From the NCBI GenBank assembly GCA_963705725.1, contig CAVPKM010000015.1, positions 1 to 49,574 on the forward strand: 49,574 nucleotides of DNA, written 5' to 3'. Positions 24,388 to 36,500 of the stretch are shown one piece after another. The first letter of the stretch is position 1; each line of letters opens with the position of its first letter. This stretch comes from an uncultured Gammaproteobacteria bacterium (GTDB lineage Bacteria; Pseudomonadota; Gammaproteobacteria; UBA6002). The position numbers and the translations under genes are program-made. The notes under the pieces were generated by a model. The model had not been told where the DNA came from and did no database searches. It saw nothing but the letters and a program-made list of their open reading frames with translations.

Positions 24388-26490
24388 GTGATCAGTTTTA
24401 AAAAAGAATTTCTATATGGAAATCGTTTAGCTACGCTAGAGACAAATGCGATTGCTAAGCAAGCTTCAGGTGCGGTGTTAGTACGAATGGGAGATACCGT
24501 TGTTTTAGCGACAGTGGTTGGCGTAGAGTCGAATGAGCCACGTGATTTTTTTCCATTAAGAGTAGATTATAGTGTACGCAGCTATGCCGGAGGCAAAATT
24601 CCCGGTGGTTGGTTTAGGCGAGAGGGGAGGCCTTCTGAAAAAGAAATTCTAGTATCGCGCTTAATCGATCGTCCAATTAGACCACTTTTCCCCGATGAGT
24701 TTTATAGTGAAGTTCAGATTGTTGTGACAGTTTTGTCTATCGATACTGAAGTAGAGCCGGATATTCCTGCAATTATTGCTGCATCAGCGGCACTAGCAAT
24801 TTCCGGGATTCCTTTTAACGGCCCGATTGCAGCAGCGCGAGTTGGTTATAGCCAAGGTGAATATATTTTAAATCCAAGTAGTGCACAGTTAGAAAAATCA
24901 GATTTAGATCTGGTTGTGGCTGGAACACAGGCAGCGGTTTTAATGGTAGAATCACAAGCAAATGAGTTGTCTGAAGAGGTCATGTTAGAGGCGGTGGTAT
25001 TCGGTCACCAACAAATGCAGGCAGCGATTAACGCGATCGGAGAATTCGCAAGCGAAGTGGGTAAACCAAGATGGGATTGGCAGCCGCCAGTAACCAACCA
25101 TGAGTTAAGAGAAAGCATTCTTCAAATGGCGATCGATTCCTTAACTGAGGCTTATCAAGTACAAGAAAAAATTGCACGAAAAGGGAAAATTAAAGAGATC
25201 TATCAGGAAATATTGCAAAAAACCTCAGTTGAAACCGAAAATGCGCCCGATCAAAAAGAAGTTGAAAAAATTCTTTCTTCTCTAGAAAAGCAAATTGTCA
25301 GAAATCGAAGTATTTCTGGTGAGGCGCGTATTGATGGGCGTGATAACAAGACAGTGAGATCAATTCATGCTGAGGTGGGTATTTTGCCGCGCACACATGG
25401 ATCAGCGCTATTTACTCGAGGAGAAACCCAAGCAATTGTCGTTGCTACATTAGGGACGGATCGAGATGCACAAGTCATTGACGAGGTAGGTAATGAGCGC
25501 CGAGAAACATTTATGTTGCATTATAATTTCCCACCTTACTGCGTAGGGGAAGTGGGACAAATAGGGTCTCCAAAGCGAAGAGAAATTGGTCATGGTAATT
25601 TGGCCAAGCGTGCACTAGCGCCTGTCCTCCCCACGGGAGGAGTATTTCCTTATACTATACGCAGTGTTTCTGAAATTACTGAATCAAATGGTTCCAGTTC
25701 CATGGCAACAGTTTGTGGTACGACCTTGGCGCTGATGGATGCAGGTGTGCCGATTAAGGCACCGGTTGCTGGTGTTGCAATGGGCTTAATTAAAGAAGGT
25801 GAAAAATTCGCTGTGTTAACAGACATTCTCGGCGATGAAGACCACCTAGGCGATATGGATTTCAAAGTCGCGGGAACAAGTCAGGGTGTGACAGCTTTAC
25901 AAATGGACATCAAAATTGAAGGAATCACACGAGAAATTATGGAAACTGCACTTGCCCAAGCGAAAGAAGGAAGAATGCACATTTTAAATATTATGAATAA
26001 CATCATTAGCCAACCAAGAGAAGAAACCTCTGTGTTCGCGCCGCGTATTATTAGCTTCAAAATCAATCCTGATAAAATACGCGATGTAATAGGCAAGGGA
26101 GGGGTCACTATCCGAGAAATTACTGAAACCACTGGTGCAGTCGTGGATATTTCTGACGATGGCATCGTGAAGGTAGCTGCAGTTGGAAAAACAGCCGGTG
26201 AAGAAGCAAAGCGCCGTATTGAGCTAATTACCGCTGATGTCGTAATAGGTCAAACTTATGAAGGCAAGGTGGTGAAAATAATGGATTTTGGTGCTTTTGT
26301 TGACTTTTTGTCGGGAAAGAGTGGATTGGTGCATATTTCCCAGATTTCTCATGAAAGAGTTGAGAACGTAACTGATAGACTTCAAGAAGGTCAAGCAGTG
26401 AGAGTGAAAGTACTTGAAATCGATCGTCAAGGAAGAATTCGGTTAAGCATGAAGGAAGCCGCTGAGCAGACAGAACACCAAGGTGCTTAG
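24388..26490 (+). CDS. pnp: Polyribonucleotide nucleotidyltransferase
   Basis: [42 protein letters not shown]; KH and S1 domains. Confidence 0.98.
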   Translation: MISFKKEFLYGNRLATLETNAIAKQASGAVLVRMGDTVVLATVVGVESNEPRDFFPLRVDYSVRSYAGGKIPGGWFRREGRPSEKEILVSRLIDRPIRPLFPDEFYSEVQIVVTVLSIDTEVEPDIPAIIAASAALAISGIPFNGPIAAARVGYSQGEYILNPSSAQLEKSDLDLVVAGTQAAVLMVESQANELSEEVMLEAVVFGHQQMQAAINAIGEFASEVGKPRWDWQPPVTNHELRESILQMAIDSLTEAYQVQEKIARKGKIKEIYQEILQKTSVETENAPDQKEVEKILSSLEKQIVRNRSISGEARIDGRDNKTVRSIHAEVGILPRTHGSALFTRGETQAIVVATLGTDRDAQVIDEVGNERRETFMLHYNFPPYCVGEVGQIGSPKRREIGHGNLAKRALAPVLPTGGVFPYTIRSVSEITESNGSSSMATVCGTTLALMDAGVPIKAPVAGVAMGLIKEGEKFAVLTDILGDEDHLGDMDFKVAGTSQGVTALQMDIKIEGITREIMETALAQAKEGRMHILNIMNNIISQPREETSVFAPRIISFKINPDKIRDVIGKGGVTIREITETTGAVVDISDDGIVKVAAVGKTAGEEAKRRIELITADVVIGQTYEGKVVKIMDFGAFVDFLSGKSGLVHISQISHERVENVTDRLQEGQAVRVKVLEIDRQGRIRLSMKEAAEQTEHQGA

Positions 26491-26497
26491 TAAAAAC

Positions 26498-26525
26498 TCC
26501 CGCGGACACTAAGCCGCGGGACGAC
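26498..26525. repeat. REP-like GC-rich palindrome
   Basis: TCCCGCGG-acactaag-CCGCGGGA perfect 8-bp stem, no U-tract, in AT-rich DNA. Confidence 0.55.
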
Positions 26526-26529
26526 AGAG

Positions 26530-26554
26530 AAGCGGCGCACATGCCGTCGCTTTT
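26530..26554 (+). terminator. Rho-independent terminator after pnp
   Basis: AAGCGGCG-cacatgc-CGTCGCTT stem (one G-U pair) running into a short T tract. Confidence 0.55.
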
Positions 26555-26577
26555 CAAGTCAAGGATGAGGAAGTAGC

Positions 26578-28950
26578 ATGGAATATATCCGGCCATTTAC
26601 AAGCATTAATTTGACAGATCAGGCGCTTGTCGGTGGAAAAAATGCTTCCTTAGGAGAAATGTTAGCTCATCTTCAGCAAGTGGGAATACAAGTTCCAGGA
26701 GGTTTTGCTGTTACCGTTACTGCCTATCGACATTTCCTCGCTCAAAATGGTTTAGATGTCAAAATTTTCCCCCTGATTAATGATTTAAACGTTGAAAATA
26801 TCAATGACTTAAAGTCTATTTCTGCCTTAATACGAAATGATATTTTACAAGCGACTTTTTCAAACGAATTACTTAAAGATATCAAAAGTGCTTATTTATC
26901 GCTGGGAAAGGGTCAACCAATTAGTGTTGCAGTTCGTTCTTCGGCCACAGCCGAAGATTTGCCCGGGTATTCTTTTGCAGGTCAACAAGATAGCTATCTA
27001 AATATTGTTGGTGAAGAAAGTGTGAGTTCAGCCATCAAGCAAGTTTATGCTTCACTCTTTACAGAACGAGCAATTGCCTATCGCTGTCATCATCAATTTG
27101 ACCATAGTAAGGTGGGTATTTCAGTTGGTGTTCAAAAAATGGTTCGTAGTGATTTAGGTGCAAGTGGGGTGGCTTTTACTGTAGATACGGAGTCAGGATT
27201 TGATCAAGTGGTTTTTATCACCGCTTGTTATGGTTTGGGAGAAAGCTTGGTTCAAGGAATGATTAATCCCGATGAATATTATGTGCATAAACATTTATTA
27301 GACCAAAATCGACATGCCATCATTAAAAAAAATCTCGGCACGAAGCATACAAAAAAAATCTATCAAACAATCGATGGTCATCCTGAGCGCCTTGCCACGA
27401 CAAATGTAAAGGCAGAAGAACAGATGGCGTTTTGTCTCACAGATGGTTTAATTCATGAATTAGCTCGCCAAGCCATGAAGATAGAAAACCATTATCAGCA
27501 ACATATGGATATAGAATGGGCGCAAGATGGATTGGATGGTAAGTTATATATTGTGCAAGCAAGGCCAGAAACAGTAAAAAATACAAAAAATCAAGGAGTG
27601 ATAGAGAGATATCATCTAGCAAGTGAAGGAAAAATTGTTGTAACTGGTAGAAGTATTGGTGATCGCATTGGACAAGGAAGGGCAAGAGTCATTTTAGAAC
27701 ATAAAAATATGCATGAAGTTGAGCCAGGAGAAATACTTGTCACTGATATGACAGATCCAGATTGGGAACCGGTGATGAAAAGGGCATCCGCTATCGTTAC
27801 TAATCGAGGAGGTAGGACATGCCATGCGGCCATTATTGCAAGGGAGCTCGGTATTCCTGCTGTGGTAGGCTGTAATACCGCTACCCTCGATGTGATAAGT
27901 GGTCAATCTTTCACTGTTTCTTGTGCTGGAGGCGAAACAGGATTTGTCTATAAAGGGCTTGTGCCATATGAAATAGAGAAAATAGAAATTCATAAAATGC
28001 CTGACTTAGCAGTCGATATTTGTATGAATTTAGGTGACCCAGAAAAAGCCTTTTCCTATCAGGCCATTCCCAATAAAGGGGTAGGACTGGCGCGTCTGGA
28101 ATTTATTATTAACAATATGATTGGGATACACCCCCGTGCGTTATTAGAATTAGCAGACTTACCCAAGGAGCTTCATCAAATTATTCGTCATAAAATTTCT
28201 GCGTATTCCTCTGCTACTGAATACTATATTGAAAGGCTACGAGAAGGCATTGCTACAATGGCGGCAGCATTTTACCCTAAACCAGTAGTAGTGCGGTTTT
28301 CAGATTTTAAAACTAATGAATATTCGAATTTGATCGGTGGAGCACTGTTTGAGCCGAAAGAAGATAATCCAATGATTGGTTATCGTGGTGCCTCACGCTA
28401 TCTTTCAAAAGAATTTCGCGATTGTTTCGAGTTGGAATGTATTGCAATTCGACGAGTAAGAGAAGAGATGGGGTTAACCAACATTAAGGTGATGATACCA
28501 TTTGTTCGCACAATACAAGAGGCGAAAAATGTTATCCAGTTACTCGCTGATTTTGGCTTGTCTCGGGGTCAAAATGGATTAGAAGTCTATATGATGTGTG
28601 AAATTCCTTCTAACGCTATTTTAGCGCAGGAGTTTCTTGAATATTTTGATGGATATTCAATTGGTTCAAATGATTTGACCCAGCTCACACTTGGCTTAGA
28701 TCGCGATTCCTCACTCGTTGAAAAGCTATTTGATGAACGCGATTTGGCAGTAAAAACCTTATTACGAAACGTCATTCAGACGTGTAGAAAAGCCAATAAA
28801 TATATCGGTATTTGTGGTCAAGGGCCATCTGATCATCCAGACTTTGCAAAGTGGTTAGTCAAGGAGGGAATTAGTGCTATTTCATTAAGCCCAGATACGG
28901 TGACTCGCACATGGTTATATCTAGCCAATAGCTGCTCAGCACAGAATTGA
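26578..28950 (+). CDS. ppsA: Phosphoenolpyruvate synthase
   Basis: VGGKNASLGEM, AVRSSATAEDLP..SFAGQQ, GGRTCHAAIIARELG (phospho-His), SIGSNDLTQ. Confidence 0.98.
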   Translation: MEYIRPFTSINLTDQALVGGKNASLGEMLAHLQQVGIQVPGGFAVTVTAYRHFLAQNGLDVKIFPLINDLNVENINDLKSISALIRNDILQATFSNELLKDIKSAYLSLGKGQPISVAVRSSATAEDLPGYSFAGQQDSYLNIVGEESVSSAIKQVYASLFTERAIAYRCHHQFDHSKVGISVGVQKMVRSDLGASGVAFTVDTESGFDQVVFITACYGLGESLVQGMINPDEYYVHKHLLDQNRHAIIKKNLGTKHTKKIYQTIDGHPERLATTNVKAEEQMAFCLTDGLIHELARQAMKIENHYQQHMDIEWAQDGLDGKLYIVQARPETVKNTKNQGVIERYHLASEGKIVVTGRSIGDRIGQGRARVILEHKNMHEVEPGEILVTDMTDPDWEPVMKRASAIVTNRGGRTCHAAIIARELGIPAVVGCNTATLDVISGQSFTVSCAGGETGFVYKGLVPYEIEKIEIHKMPDLAVDICMNLGDPEKAFSYQAIPNKGVGLARLEFIINNMIGIHPRALLELADLPKELHQIIRHKISAYSSATEYYIERLREGIATMAAAFYPKPVVVRFSDFKTNEYSNLIGGALFEPKEDNPMIGYRGASRYLSKEFRDCFELECIAIRRVREEMGLTNIKVMIPFVRTIQEAKNVIQLLADFGLSRGQNGLEVYMMCEIPSNAILAQEFLEYFDGYSIGSNDLTQLTLGLDRDSSLVEKLFDERDLAVKTLLRNVIQTCRKANKYIGICGQGPSDHPDFAKWLVKEGISAISLSPDTVTRTWLYLANSCSAQN

Positions 28951-28960
28951 AACGTCCATT
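28928..28960 (+). repeat. Left-end remnant of the MITE-like repeat fused into the ppsA 3' end
   Basis: atagctgctcagcacagaattgaaacgtccatt vs gtaactactcagcacagggttgaaacgtccata at 17731. Confidence 0.7.
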
Positions 28961-29574
28961 TATCCCGCCGCAAGGGTTAAAAATTCAGATCGCGTGTGGC
29001 TGTTGCTGCGAAAAACGCCTAACATCATAGACGTTTTCATGATTGAATTTTGTTTTTCTACACCACGCATCATCATGCAAAGATGCTTAGCTTCAATGAT
29101 GACCCCTACTCCCTTGGCCTCTGTGACAGACATCAAGCAATTGGCTATTTGCTCAGTTAATTTTTCTTGTACTTGTAGCCTTCTCGCAAAATGATCCGTA
29201 ATACGGGCCACTTTCGATAGGCCAATAATTTTTCCATTTGGAATATAGGCGACATGGGCTTTTCCAATAAATGGGAGAAGGTGATGTTCGCAAAGCGAAT
29301 ACAGCTCAATGTTTTTGACTAAGACCATTTCGTCCATGTTGGACTCAAAGATTGCGCCATTAATAATTTCATCAATTGTTTGCGTATAGCCTCGTGTCAA
29401 AAAACGCAAGGCTTTGGCGGCTCTTTTGGGGGTATTAATCAAGCCCTCGCGAGATAGATCTTCACCAAGATGTTGCAAAACCTGTGCAAAGCAGTCTTGT
29501 AGTGGATCGATTGGGTTGGAAGATTCAAGACATTGAACTTGTTCTTCGTTTAGATCAATTATTTCATTACTCAT
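28960..29574 (-). CDS. folE: GTP cyclohydrolase I
   Basis: [43 protein letters not shown]; ATG at 29574 preferred. Confidence 0.97.
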   Translation of the reverse strand: MSNEIIDLNEEQVQCLESSNPIDPLQDCFAQVLQHLGEDLSREGLINTPKRAAKALRFLTRGYTQTIDEIINGAIFESNMDEMVLVKNIELYSLCEHHLLPFIGKAHVAYIPNGKIIGLSKVARITDHFARRLQVQEKLTEQIANCLMSVTEAKGVGVIIEAKHLCMMMRGVEKQNSIMKTSMMLGVFRSNSHTRSEFLTLAAG

Positions 29575-29594
29575 AGGTGCTAACGAGGTTGGAT

Positions 29595-29936
29595 TTAGCC
29601 AGGTGGCCATGTCATTTGGCGTCCACCCAATAAATGTAGATGAATATGGTAGACTTCTTGTCCACCTTGTTTATTACAATTAAATAAGACTCGATAACCT
29701 TGGTCTGCAATATTAAATTTTTCAGCAAGCAACTTGGCGATAAAAATCATTTGACCCATTAATAACGTATCTTCTTGGGTGATATCGTTAATCGTGGCAA
29801 TATGCTTTTTTGGAACAATAAGTTTATGGCAAGGGGCTTGTGGACGAATATCATCGAAAGCGAGAAAGTCATTATCTTCATAGATAATGGTGCTATTAAT
29901 TTTACCTTCAATAATTTGACAAAAAAGGCAATCCAT
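29595..29936 (-). CDS. hinT: Histidine triad nucleotide-binding protein
   Basis: [28 protein letters not shown]-terminal WPPG. Confidence 0.93.
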   Translation of the reverse strand: MDCLFCQIIEGKINSTIIYEDNDFLAFDDIRPQAPCHKLIVPKKHIATINDITQEDTLLMGQMIFIAKLLAEKFNIADQGYRVLFNCNKQGGQEVYHIHLHLLGGRQMTWPPG

Positions 29937-29955
29937 AAATATAGCCCTGCTTTAC

Positions 29956-29970
29956 TTGCTGAATGGTTAC
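29956..29970. repeat. Possible isolated terminus of the MITE-like repeat
   Basis: ttgctgaatggttac vs gtgctgaatagttac; short, so a chance match is possible. Confidence 0.4.
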
Positions 29971-30019
29971 TTTGATTCTATCACAAGTTATATTCTTTAC
30001 GAAGCGTCTATCTTTTTTA

Positions 30020-30433
30020 ATGAGTGAAATAATGAATGAATATTTATCTATTTTAGGTATATCTGTTTGGGTCCCTCGCTTAAATTCATCAAAAATGTTA
30101 TCCTATTATAAATTGCTTAAGAAGGGGCAGTTGAGAGGCTACTTGATTGCCGATCAAATCATGCATGATAAAAATACACTGTTTGGCCAATTGCTCAAAG
30201 AAATGATATTATCAATCGGTGTGGAGTTTTATCTAATTGATGAAATAGTCAGTGCGAACATTACAAAAGATTTATACTTGATTTCATTGGGAGAAGAGGC
30301 AAAAGAGTGGGTAAGCCAGGTGCCTCAAATCGTTGAAAAAATTGCTTGTCCCAGTATCTATGCAATGCTAACAAACCCAAGTCTCAAGCAAGAGGTTTGG
30401 TTAAAAATAAAAAGTATCCGTGACCTGAATTAA
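30020..30433 (+). CDS. Hypothetical protein resembling DNA polymerase III psi subunit / truncated UDG-like fold
   Basis: N-terminal YLSILGISVWVPR and C-terminal PSIYAMLTNPSLKQEVWLKI resemble HolD-type termini; start at 30020 or 30032. Confidence 0.5.
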   Translation: MSEIMNEYLSILGISVWVPRLNSSKMLSYYKLLKKGQLRGYLIADQIMHDKNTLFGQLLKEMILSIGVEFYLIDEIVSANITKDLYLISLGEEAKEWVSQVPQIVEKIACPSIYAMLTNPSLKQEVWLKIKSIRDLN

Positions 30434-30469
30434 CTATACCCTTTGGTATATACGTTAAGATTGCAAGCC

Positions 30470-30505
30470 GTTAAGTAATTGTTAATATCTATGCGTAATA
30501 ATATT
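30470..30505 (+). promoter_or_regulatory. PmrA-box-like tandem repeat plus putative -10 element
   Basis: gTTAAgtaa-tt-gTTAAtatc (11-bp period) then GTAATAATATT, upstream of the 2417-aa ORF. Confidence 0.55.
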
Positions 30506-30552
30506 TTTAAAGACTTTATACATATTGCCTAAACCCATCTAGAGGGGAAATC

Positions 30553-33500
30553 ATGATTGACTCAACTACACGTGTTTTTGTATTTGATCAAAAGGAATTT
30601 GAAAAAGCAAAAAAAGAGCTGTTACGCCTTGCTGAAGAAAATGGCATTAATCTGCGAGACGCCTTAGAAACGTATGCAACGCCTGAGCATCCTGAAATTA
30701 ACCAGTATGCACAAATTCTAGATGGATTACTGGCCGTTCAATTTACTCCAACCTATATTGAAAAAATCCGTTCATTACGAAATGCGTTTCTAAAAGAATG
30801 GCTGGCTATTTGGCAGATTGAAGAGGATGGGGAACGAAAGCAAAAAATTAATCAAGCGTTACTCAAGCTCAAAAAAACGCTGCTCGCTACATTTAAATCC
30901 AACCTTAATGAATCAGAGATTCGACTCCATATAGAGGCATTAAGAGTCAATAATGATTTATGGAAAGTGAATGGGTTTTTTGACTGGGTGCTAAACGCCA
31001 TCACCCTATCTAGTGATAAGCAAAAATTAGGTAAAACAGCGATGGATTCGCATCGTGGGGTTCATTTAGATGGCAAAAAAATTAAAAAAAGGTCAACAGA
31101 CTCCCAGGAGCAGGTTCAATATTTTAGACAAAAATTACGTGAAAAAAACTTAGATAATACCTTGATTGATTTTTTAGCTTCCACTTTAAACCAGGGTGAT
31201 TTGTTAAAAGCGCCTTATTATAATCTAGATCCTTTTATAACTTTTCTCCGAACCCAAAGACCTCCAGCAAACTTACGATCAGGGTCTTGGTCGGTAGATC
31301 TAGAAATAGAATCTTCAGCAAGCGTTTTCATTACCATGAGACAAGCTTATTCCAAATCCAGTATTGTTTATGAAGAAATGCATTCCTTTCCTTCTGGCTA
31401 TCCAACAGAAACAGCCTATGAAGGAATCGTGAAACTTAGAGTGAACTTACAACCTGGACCTGGAGTGACTCCAGCAGTTAATGTTGAGCCGGTGGAAGGT
31501 TATACTGATATCTATGACTTGAAGCTGAAAAGTGAATTTTTCACTCACAATAGCAAAAACGCGCTGGCCAAGCTTAGGGAAGGACAAAGGCTTTTGGTCA
31601 ACGATCAATTAGCGATAAAACAGCACCTAGCAAAATTTAAAGCTGATAATGGGGAATTAGCATTAACCTCGCCAAGTTTAATCGATATAGAAAATGAATC
31701 ATTCTTACTTTTAATGCTAGAGAGCAGGCAGCAGGCTGAATGTTTACTTATGGCAAATCAAGAGCTACAAAAAACATTTTTCAAGCGATCCATTGATGAA
31801 GTTTTGCAGGATTTACAACTGGTTGCAGATAAGTATCCGCTTTCCCAAATCGTTAGAAATTTATTGGAACGATACCAGCAGATTTATCAATCGATTAATA
31901 ACCAAGACCTCCAAGCAATAGAGAAAGGCTTGAAAGACAATGAATATACCGCTGTTGTTCAAAATTGTCTTTTATCAGTAACAGAGGTTGGATTTATTAA
32001 AAAATTAGTGAATATTTCTGAAATTAATACCCGCCTTAATGTAGCGGTGTTAACGAGCTTTGCTTGTAAAAATCAGGGTATAGCTAATAAATTATTACAA
32101 CCAACCAAATGGGAAAGGTTTAAGTTTTGGTGTAAAAAAGCGTTTGGATTGGCTGGTAATGATTCTGCATTACCTTACAAGCGCTTTGCCTCCCCCCATC
32201 TCACTGAACTTCTCGCGACTTATCCTGATCTATGGGATAGATCTAATTTTCGTCCGAGAGTAGGTCCTAGATTGCGATTTTTTAATTTTTCTCCTAATTT
32301 TTATAAGAAATTGAGGGGGATAGATTTAAGACGTTTAGTAGAGATTAATGGTCCTCGAAATGCAACTTGGTACGCTGCTGCTGATAGAGTATTCAATGAT
32401 ATAGAATTATACAATCGCACTTTTCCTCAGCCAAAGAGGAAATCAAATGCTGATTTGCTAGCGCAATATTATTTAAATAATACCCAGGTGACGCTTTGTG
32501 ACTTAGCAACCCACTGTCCTCAGAACTTGAGAAAATTGCACGAGCAATTAACTGATGCACAGCTAGCTATCTTTTATATTACAAAAATTAATCAGGATTA
32601 TGAGTCACAATCTCCTCTTGGTAGGTCACTCTTTCTCATCAATGATTTATGGTCAGATAAGCAGAGAACTGCAAATGTGGAATGGTCCAGCCAAATTCCG
32701 GATGATAAAAAGCCGATTGTGAAAAATGCAGCAATCCACGAGCTTGCCAAGGTGAATCTCGAAGTTGATAAGGTAGGATTTCGAGCTAAGGAATCCTTGC
32801 CTCCAGTTATTTCTCTTGCAGAATTTTATTTACTTGAACCATTTATCCATGGGTATCATCAAAAAATAGAAAATAATGATCAAGATCGTGAATCAGTCTT
32901 TTCATCACAGGCCATGCAGGCATTGCAAACCGCTATTTTAAATCAAAACGAATCATTTGGATTATTCCTTACGCCAGGAGCAGGAAACTTTACTTTTTCT
33001 ATTAATCAAGACTGTGCGCAATTAAATGATAATCAACCGCTTTTTCTCACCTTATTTGAGAAAGATGCGACCAATGCTGACCTGAATGCTGCGAAAGAAG
33101 CATTTAAAAAGCTGATAAAGAGCTCACCTTCGCTTTATTGTTTACTTAAAACCGCAGTGTCTAATTTACCTCAAGAAAATTTTGAAATAATAAAGATCAA
33201 GGAAGAGTTGTTTGCGAGCGAGGAGCCTGCTAGAGAAACGATAGAATCTTACCAGTTAGCGAAAAAAGTTTTTCAAAATAGAGATTTTTTAGAATTACTA
33301 GCCAAATTTCCAAACCTTTACCGATATGTAGATCGTTTAGCGGCGAGTGCCAGATTTAAATTACATATGCGAAGTGAACAAGATTTGCTTCTGTTTAATA
33401 CAGTTTGGGAGATCACTTTAAACCGAAAAGATAATGTGACACTACTTGAATTGACTCGCTTGCTGCCTAAAGAAAGATTTTATGACTGGTTAGAAGCCAA

Positions 33501-36500
33501 CCCTGAGAAAGGTGATATATTAATTAATCAGTTGACGACGGATGAGGATTTTTACCGTGAATTTATTGCAGGTCAATCAGATAATCGCTTTAAAGATTTC
33601 TTGATTGATAAGGCATTATCTCGTTTAAATGAGGGTAATGTTGATGTCATCGTTTCGTTGTTATTAAATTGTCCTGAGCTTGGTCTTCATTATTTGAAAG
33701 GATTAAGTCAAGAAGGCGGCTTAAAACAAGAATTATTTGCAAAATTCATGAATTTGGTAAGCGAGAGTGACCTTACATTCGTGATCAGCAGATATCCCAC
33801 TATACTTGAAAGCATTCAGAATTCTGAGTTATTCCAAAATTATCAGGGTAAAATTAAAACCGCATTTTTGAATGCAGAAGCAATGATTCCTGATAATAAA
33901 AAGTTAACGCTAATATTAATCAATCCAGAGATAAAGGGGTGGATCCAAGAAATTTGGAATCAACGTAACAAGACAATTGAACAAGAACAATTGCGTAAAG
34001 CTTTGAAAAAAACTGATGCACCCAATCAAATAGGGGAATTTTTACTCAAAGAACTCCAATTAGGAAGAATGGATAATGCATTGTTCATCCTGCAAGATTT
34101 TCAGCTTATGTCAAAGTTTTTATCAATCAACACACCCATGCTATCGACTTTAATCATGCAAATTTATGATCAGCTTAAAGATGATGCCGCTTTGTTTACT
34201 CATGTATTACTTAAAGTGCTGATTATGGATAGTGGGCTATTGAAATATTTGAGTTCAAATGCTGAGGATGGCAACATTCTAAAAAAATTAACTGTAACAG
34301 GAGAGGTGAATTTATTAGCGACGCTGTTTTTAACAGGAAAACCTGATATTTCCAATCCTGAGTGGAATCAAGCATTAACCAGGATTTTAAATTCTGACAT
34401 CGATTTATTTGTTCGCTGTTTACCGCATTTAAAAGAACAACAAAAGTTTGGCCGCTGGTTATTTGCACTTCCAGGTAGAGCAATATTATTCCGAATCATG
34501 AGTGTATCGCAGGAAAAAATTGATCAATCATTAATTATTGAGTACATCACAAATGGTGCCTATCAAGGAAGAGATTTAGTTAATTGGCTACATGAGCAAA
34601 TGACTGCGCCAAATGAACATCAAGATGAACCGAATCTACGAAATTTATTAAGTGATCACGAGGAAGCAAGAAAGGTTTTTATTAATAAGGCAAAAAAATG
34701 TAGTGATCTAATCATAGATATTTTACTTGCTGAACTTTACAATTTGGGGCTGGACCCACTTACGCCGCTTGCCAAGAGTTTGCTGCATGCGCCTTTTTTC
34801 GACTATATTTTTGAAACTGCAAGCCAAGAGGCATTGGAAAAATTCTTCAGTTTTGCAATACAAAAATTTCAAGGTCAATATACTGAAATTTTGACAAATA
34901 AGATCTTTAAGATTCTGTCAATGGCGTTAATGAAAAAACCAATATTCCAAAGATTGGTTAGCTCAGAAAAAATGATGACAGACTGTTTATCTTGTATATT
35001 TGATTCTGCTGTTAAAGAGCCATATCAGTATGTATTGCTCAAAGCGCTTCAAGAAGAGCAATCACTTCATGTCATTGCCGAACTAAATAATAAAACGAAT
35101 TTGATTGAAGCGCTTTGTCGTCATGCTTCTGGTAATTATCTTATTGAGTTGTTTTTAGCTACGTTGACGCTTGCTGAGAAAAATGTAGAAACAAAAACTA
35201 TGGATGAAATTATCAGAGCACTTTGCAATAAAAAAGTTTTCGAGCAAATGTTCAATGAGAATGTGAATCCAAATTTACAACATAAGTTGTTTCTGTACTT
35301 ATTTGATTATGCTAGGAGTGCCAACGGTTCAGAACCACGTATGAAAAAGATCAAGAATGGGTTAATTCAACTTAAATTACAAAAACAAACTCGCGTACAA
35401 GACAGAATAGTACAAGTTAGTTCCCCAAATGAGTTAATTGATCTTTGGTTAAGAGATGGAATTGATTTACAACAACGCGCAAATAAAAAGCACTCACATC
35501 TCCTAGTAGAGGAGAGTTCATCACAGGAAGAAGAGACGAACGTTAACTCTATGACCTACATCCGCCGAGCTTCAGAAACGCGTTATTTTACAAAAATTTT
35601 TGACAATGATCAGGCTCTTTGTGATGTGTTACTTTACGCTGATGAAAAAAAATTGTTGGAGTTATTTGATCGCGAACCAGAATACCTTCGCCGATTCCTT
35701 ATGCTTTGCCAGCAACCAGAAACTGCAGAGAGAGGAGAGATTGCTTTATTAAAACAACGCCTTGCTAGCAGTGAAAAATTTGCTGAATTGATGATGACTT
35801 GTTTGATAGATGAGCAAAATCTGCAGTTGCAGCTTATGGATGAATCTTTGCCGATTTATCTAAATTATCTAAGTGCAATTAAAAATAATCCTAATTTATT
35901 ATTTTTTGAAAATGGGGAATTACGAACTGTTTATATAAATTATTTCTTTCTCAATGGGTCTACGGAAGACATAGCGAATCTGTTATCAGCAGTGGAAAGC
36001 GTTAGAGGAACTCCGAATAAACTGATTGATTACTTATTTGCAAAATTAATGCTAAAAGATAATAGCTCTCCACGAGAAATCAGACTTGCCCATAAACTTA
36101 TAGATGATTTCCGCCCGAGCAATAATGGACAGCAGTTAATTTCATTGCTTTTTAGCACAAAGCATACATTCAGAAATCTCGAAAAATTAATGTTGGACTC
36201 GGTTAATAAAACGATTGGTTACAAGCTTGAGGATTACCTCTTGACTTATTTGGAAACTCAGCCTAGTGAGATCCTCGAATTATTTAAAGATGATGCGAAA
36301 GCTTTTGTTGATTTTTTTGTAATAGGCGCGAAGCAAGAAAAGAGATTCTTGCTCTTATTGATTAATAAGCATCCTGACTCATCCTTGTTGCAAGCACTTT
36401 ACTCTCAGTTTGTTAAGCGTAGTGAAAACGAAATGGCCGGAAAGGGATTGGGCAGGGTTTTAAATAATTTCCTGTTTAACGATTTTACGGCAAGCGAGAT

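Noticed and set aside
29963-30019. Listed ORF start at 29963 for the psi-like gene
   Set aside because: This ATG lies within the repeat-terminus remnant, only 26 bp from the divergent hinT start; the family-like motif begins after 30020-30032
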